Positions 58,701 through 64,000 of a DNA stretch of 64,000 nt are shown here, in pieces. The notes below the pieces were generated by a model, which saw nothing but the letters and a program-made list of their open reading frames with translations, did no database searches and was not told where the DNA came from. A program made the translations under genes and the position numbers. This stretch comes from Antedon mediterranea. Its lineage: Eukaryota; Animalia; Echinodermata. The stretch's first letter is position 1; every line of letters starts with the position of its first letter. Location of the stretch: contig NC_092675.1 in NCBI RefSeq assembly GCF_964355755.1, positions 25,454,912 to 25,518,911 of the forward strand, written 5' to 3'.

Positions 58701-61700
58701 TCCAGAATATTCATTTTCAACATTCAATAAACACCTGTAACTTAATTTCCTGCTAATAGATGAACATCTGTGTAAATAAAATGTTAGAATAATCGAGACA
58801 ATTAACAATAAAAAATGTCAGTATGTGATTTAATAACTAAAGGCATTAACACAATTTTCTACTAGAGAATATTTAATTTAAATTTCATTAAGAGTTTTAT
58901 AAAGACTGAATATTTCATATTTTTCATTTTCATAATAGTACAGTCAATTATTAATGGAAAAAGATATGGATTTATCCAATATACAGTACTACAGAACTTA
59001 TGGAATGCACCAGAGCTATTAAAAGTTTTCTATCATCTCTATGATTGCACTAATTCCATGCCATATTCTGTGATAAACACAGTATGTATAGACGTTTAAT
59101 AACAATTGTTATTCTATATTACTTCGTGTCATTGTTTTGTATTCAATTCCATTCTAAGAAGGAAATGAATTTATTTTTAATAGAATTATCAGTTTGAAAA
59201 TATCATTACAGTACTTCCTATTCTAGTTTTTTTTAAATATGTAAATTACCTTTATACAGTAGTACTGTAGTAAATTCCAGTGACAGTTCAGTGAAGTTTA
59301 AAAATAACACAATAATTCAGTATAATTTATGTATGAATCACATTAACTCATTTCTTCTATGAAATACAGACAAACAGGATACTATGTATATTTGTATTGC
59401 TTACTTTATACAATGACTGGTGAAAATAAGGAAAGTTCCATTGAAAAATAACCACACTAATGAATTCCCACTGAAGACACTCATCCTTTCTTACCATAAT
59501 ACTGGGTAATTAGAAGATGCCTTGTTTTCTGGGTATGCAATTTAATTATTATTATTATTAATATTATTATATTCATATTTGGAATATTTCTATTTCATTA
59601 TTATATAATATTATTATTAATTTGCCTCGTGTAAATATTATTTCATCTTTCACCTCATGAAATTATTTGTACCATTCCACTCATAAACATTCATTATTTG
59701 TACCGTTCCACTCATAAACATTCATTATTTGTACTATACTGTACAGTACACTGATATAAAAAATAGTGAATTAGCAATTTTATCTCTCAAATGATTTTGG
59801 ATATAAAAACCAATAAATAATATTGATTTAAATTTCCTTAAATACAGACTTCAATCATTACATTCTGTAGGTTTCATAAATAAGTATTTGATTGTGGGGA
59901 AATTACAATCCAAGTGAAACTATTTATTAATGAGGATACATTATAACTAAAAATAATCAATAACATTACATGTTTGTACTTTTAACTAATTGATATTGTA
60001 TTGTACCGGACCCAGTAGGTAAATAGATCTTATTATTCATTGCGACAGCAGTGGGTATTAATTACTAATACACATGGACCTCTGTTTCTCGACCATTTTA
60101 ATTTATACTCTATTAATATTGGAAAAACAATAATTAAAACCACTTACCATTAGTGAATAATTAATAATCAAACAGCATGGTACTGTATTAAAGTACCAGG
60201 CCCTAATCAAAATTGAAACTAGATGTTTTTATATACAAATATTGGTGTGGAAAAGAAAACACTAAATTTGAACTACAGATTTCCTGTTAAAAACTTATTC
60301 ACTTCAATACGATAGAGAGTATACCAAAATACAGTATACATTTTAACACTCACCAGAAATTAGGATTAAAATAAACAACTTGAGGCTGGATTAATTTGTT
60401 TTGAATTATAATAAAATTTAAAAAACTCATTCATTAAATTTACATTAAAGTATTCTTACAAAATATATTTTAAAAAAGGATCTCGCATGATTTCACTGTG
60501 CAATGATCATTAATATATTAATATGCTATAGCAAAAGACAAAGAAGAGAATAGTCTGCATATACAGTATACACTCTAAAGGTGTGTACATTATATACAGT
60601 TAATTTGAGGTAAATCTACGTCTTTCCTGTGCATTTCCTATATTTATAGTAAGTGTAATAATGGATAATAATGTAGGGATAATGACAGTTACACTGTATA
60701 AGGTCATGTCCACTTATAATTTATGGTAAACTTCTTCATTGTGTATTTATTTTAATTCTAAGAGTGTAGACTGCATAAAGAATACATTCAATCAACTATT
60801 ATTATTAAGTTGTTAGGTTATAATATTTTCATCAAATTTAATATTAACCTGTCCGTCAAATTCTTATTACTGTGTACTCTGTGTAGCATAATTATCAGAA
60901 TGTAGAAAATAATACTTACAAGTCAAGTGGGTAGAAGAAAAAGACAAGATATTTTCCTGAAAATAGAAAAAAAAATGTAATGCAACTAAATAATGTATTA
61001 CTATTATCAAAATGTTAATAAAATGCATGATTAACTGTATCTATCGTGTGACAGTAAATTTATGAATGGATCAAAAGTACAACTTATCTTTGATAAACCT
61101 GTAGTAATAAATTATAATTAGTATTAGTATGAAAATGATCAGTTGACTATACAGAAATTTATTTTCCTTTGTACTAAGTTTATGACCATACTGACTTAAT
61201 TAGGACTGATTTCCATACAATTTACATCAGTTGACCAAATAATTATTATATATTGTCCACTTTGAAATTGAAATTTGCTTTATTAAAAAAAATTAATATG
61301 ATTTATTATAGTTGACTGTGTATATTATAAATTTGTTTTTATCTTTACTATAGTTTATGACCATACAAACTTAATTAGGACTGATTGTTAATAATACTGT
61401 ATAAATAACATACAGCACAAACAGTAAACCAATTTAAAGTCAACCTTTAATATAGTTAAATACAGTAACTCTAACTTTTATTTAAAAGTAATTTCATGAC
61501 TTTGATTAAAAATGTTTTTTATAAAATCTGTGTTAGAATATAAATGTATTTTTTACATGTAATGCACCATATTTCAGCTCTGGCTACTGATTTTCCAAAC
61601 TTTTAATATTTATACCAAAATAAATGAAAATAAAAAAAACCCAATATTGTTAAATATTATTGTATATTGAAATTCAACTTGGAAAACAAATAGTGAGCAT

Positions 61701-62444
61701 TATAAGTAATTATTTTTTCCCATCTTCATTTTCATCATCTAACTGTAAACGTCATCAGCAATTAGCCTAAGTGAAAGGTTTGACCATGATTGAGTAAAAT
61801 CTTTATTATCATACTGTAGATCTCTATTAAATTGTGAGAATTAGATACAGTAGATACATTCAAGGACATAAGAGAAGCTTGTTAACAAAAATTGATTGCA
61901 ATTGACTTTCTAGTTTCCAATTTCATTTTCTAAATGTAATCTTGGATTTGATAAGTAGATTTATCCTTGAATAAAGGTAATTTAAGAAAAAAAAAAAAGT
62001 TGTATTTTTCATCAAATTTACCAACAAAGATACTGTGCACATACGTTTATATAAAATCGGTTATTGGTAGGTTGTTTTACTGTAGTAATAGTATGAAAAT
62101 AATATCTTTAGAATCAATATTTGAAATGAATAAAGTAATATCGGGGAAAAAAGTATGGATAGATACAGTCAGCCTTTGATTTAGGAGTTACTGGCCTGAA
62201 TAAATTACAGTGTTAAAATTACTGATGGGCAGTACAGTAATATTGAATTCAGATAAAAAAAGTTAAAGATAATCTTAAGAACGACCCTCAGCATTATAAA
62301 AAGCAATTCTTATTATTTCGGTAACAAAATAAAAAATTTACCTTTATATTTTGATAAATTAATTTCACTGAAATCTCCATTAACTACAGCAGTTCCACTG
62401 AAGTTGGGTGCTGGTTTGGTGATTTGGCATTTTCCTGATGACAT
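55710..62444 (-). CDS. PRDX1: Typical 2-Cys peroxiredoxin (PRDX1/2-like)
   Basis: Exons 62444-62342, 60956-60920, 58121-58005, 57726-57604, ~56335-56205, ~55792-55710. [68 protein letters not shown]. Confidence 0.95.
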
Positions 62445-62548
62445 TTTGCAATAGCGGTTATGCTGTAAACAAAATTATCATTAAACAAAATTATCATTAA
62501 AAAAAATTCATTTCCATCTCCCGAACAATTTGAAATTGCACCAGTTAC

Positions 62549-62590
62549 TTGCACAAAATATTGCGCATATCGCGCAATCAGATAGGCCAT
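62549..62590 (-). CDS. Candidate alternative first coding exon of the peroxiredoxin (putative mitochondrial presequence)
   Basis: ATG at 62590, 14 codons, donor CAA|GTAACT, 86-nt intron, acceptor TTTACAG at 62463, then 18 in-frame nt to the main ATG: [25 protein letters not shown]. Confidence 0.5.
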
Positions 62591-62756
62591 ACTATTACAG
62601 CGTAACCTCTCTCCTCTCTGATCCTCAAAACATCATCTTCATGAATACACTCAATAAATGTCAGAACACTGGTACCATGCAGTGTGGGCGATTCCTTTCG
62701 TGTGTGGTGGAGAGAGTTCACTGTAGTCTGTACAGTCCCCCGGTGCCGGCAAGTTG

Positions 62757-62815
62757 AAGGCCTGGCCTAGCTAGTCAGGCCTAGGCTAACTACTACTAGG
62801 CCTAGGCCTAGGCAC
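62757..62815. repeat. CTAG/AGGCCT tract in the first intron of the peroxiredoxin gene
   Basis: GGCCTAGCTAGTCAGGCCTAGGCTAACTACTACTAGGCCTAGGCCTAGGC, downstream of the minus-strand donor at ~62905. Confidence 0.8.
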
Positions 62816-63212
62816 TGCCAGCCATGCACATTTTCTAAAATAGTTTTAGTCATGTCTTTAAATTATTTTCATATAATAGATATTAAATAATGGTAAAAAA
62901 CTTACCTGTGAACGCCGGTTATCCGCGAGGAGATTGTGTTGAATTATTGTTGCAGGTTGGAATTAGTTGCCAGTAATGAATTCGAATTGCACCAAATATT
63001 AATATAAATTGCTGATTATTTTTGTCTTTCATTGTACACATAGAGGGAGACATTTATCATGTGGATCATCGCGAATTTTCTCGCTGGATTTTTAAAATTA
63101 GTTGGTAGGCATCAATGTTCATTTATTTTAATTATAAAATATATTTTTGAATTCATAAAATAATTTTTTATTTTTCTATTCATACAAAGTGATTTGTGTA
63201 GATTTCATCGGG

Positions 63213-63455
63213 TTAGCCTAGGCTAGGCCTATCTAGCTAGGCCCTAGCTAGTAGCTAGTAGGCCCTACTAGCTAGGGGCAGGCTAGGCTAGGTTATGTAG
63301 GCCCTAGACTAGGCCTCCTAGAGGCTAGTCTAGACTCTCTCTAGGCTAGCCTAGCTAGGGCCGAGCCTTACTACTAGGCCTAGCCTACATACAGCCTACA
63401 CAGGTAGTCCTCTCTCTCTCTGGTCTGCTCTGGCTGGCTGTAGTGTAGGCCTAGT
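63213..63455. repeat. CTAG/AGGCCT tract in the first intron of the last + strand gene
   Basis: Dense CTAG/GGCCTAG words starting right after a candidate donor at ~63211. Confidence 0.85.
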
Positions 63456-63590
63456 GGTGAGCATTCAGTAGGGACAGGGTACAGGACCAGGCCAGGCTAT
63501 TTAATTTTTTATAGGAAAAGTTATTAGGTAAATAATATGTGATGTAAAGTTACTCAATTAATATTAATTTGATTTATTTTTTAGCAAAAG

Positions 63591-63644
63591 ATGGCAGAGC
63601 AAACAGTGACACCTGGCAGTAAATCAAAAAATGCATCGAAAAAG
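63591..63644 (+). CDS. First coding exon of an unidentified gene continuing off the right edge
   Basis: Acceptor TTTTTTAG, AAGATGG start context, MAEQTVTPGSKSKNASKK, donor AAG|GTACAA; divergent from the peroxiredoxin. Confidence 0.55.
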
Positions 63645-64000
63645 GTACAATACTAGTCTGGGTTCCAGACGGAGTTTTGTCTTAATATTAGTAAAAAGAT
63701 AAATATTTTGGCACATATGGCGTTTCATACGTATACTACTTGATTTTGGATACTCCGTCTGGGGAAACACGCACAAGTCACGTGGTTTGACACCAAGAAT
63801 TCTTGGTGCATACGATTATCCGGTTGACTAGTTTCAGCTGCATGCGATTGGCTACTCACTCGTACACCATTTTAATATTCATATTTCAGGATTTCCAAAG
63901 ACTCGATCAACAACTAAGATGATGTGCATGCGCTATGTTACGTTTAGACAATGTGAACTTCGGTACATTTATGAAAGTTTCAGAAGGCTATAAATTATTT

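Noticed and set aside
60177-60201. CATGGTAC...GTACCAGG as another P-like footprint
   Set aside because: No flanking 7-bp direct repeat.
62906-63075. Signal-peptide exon that would make the peroxiredoxin PRDX4-like
   Set aside because: The ATGs in this exon hit stops, and the frame leading into exon 2 has an upstream TAA with no ATG after it; the exon is non-coding.

Overview
AT-rich, intron-rich animal (probably invertebrate deuterostome-like) genomic DNA; there is no sign of prokaryotic sequence, and most short ORFs in the supplied track are intronic noise. Splicing by eye (GT-AG, phases checked for most genes) gives, left to right: the 5' part of a Dispatched-like gene (-), a compact EPS8-like PTB+SH3 gene (-), DPH5 (+), SLC30A7/ZnT7 (-), NADK2 (+), MAP3K1/MEKK1 (-), an uncharacterised ~824-aa gene (+), a typical 2-Cys peroxiredoxin (-) and the first coding exon of an unknown gene (+). 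Non-coding DNA holds two 3-4 kb non-autonomous inverted-repeat transposons with 8-bp target-site duplications (one carrying pseudo-tRNAs, one carrying a 186-bp satellite and splitting a SINE), a Penelope-like retroelement remnant with inverted arms and hammerhead-like motifs, LINE 3' fragments, many MITEs, and several 20-33 bp CATGG...CCATG palindromes flanked by 7-bp duplications that look like P-superfamily excision footprints. Best leads: those footprints, the Penelope/hammerhead hairpin, an in-frame alternative first exon that could add a mitochondrial presequence to the peroxiredoxin, the truncated EPS8 with a triplicated stop+polyA cassette, and CTAG/GGCC tracts beside bidirectional promoters. 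Gene identities rest on recalled motif similarity; no database search was run.
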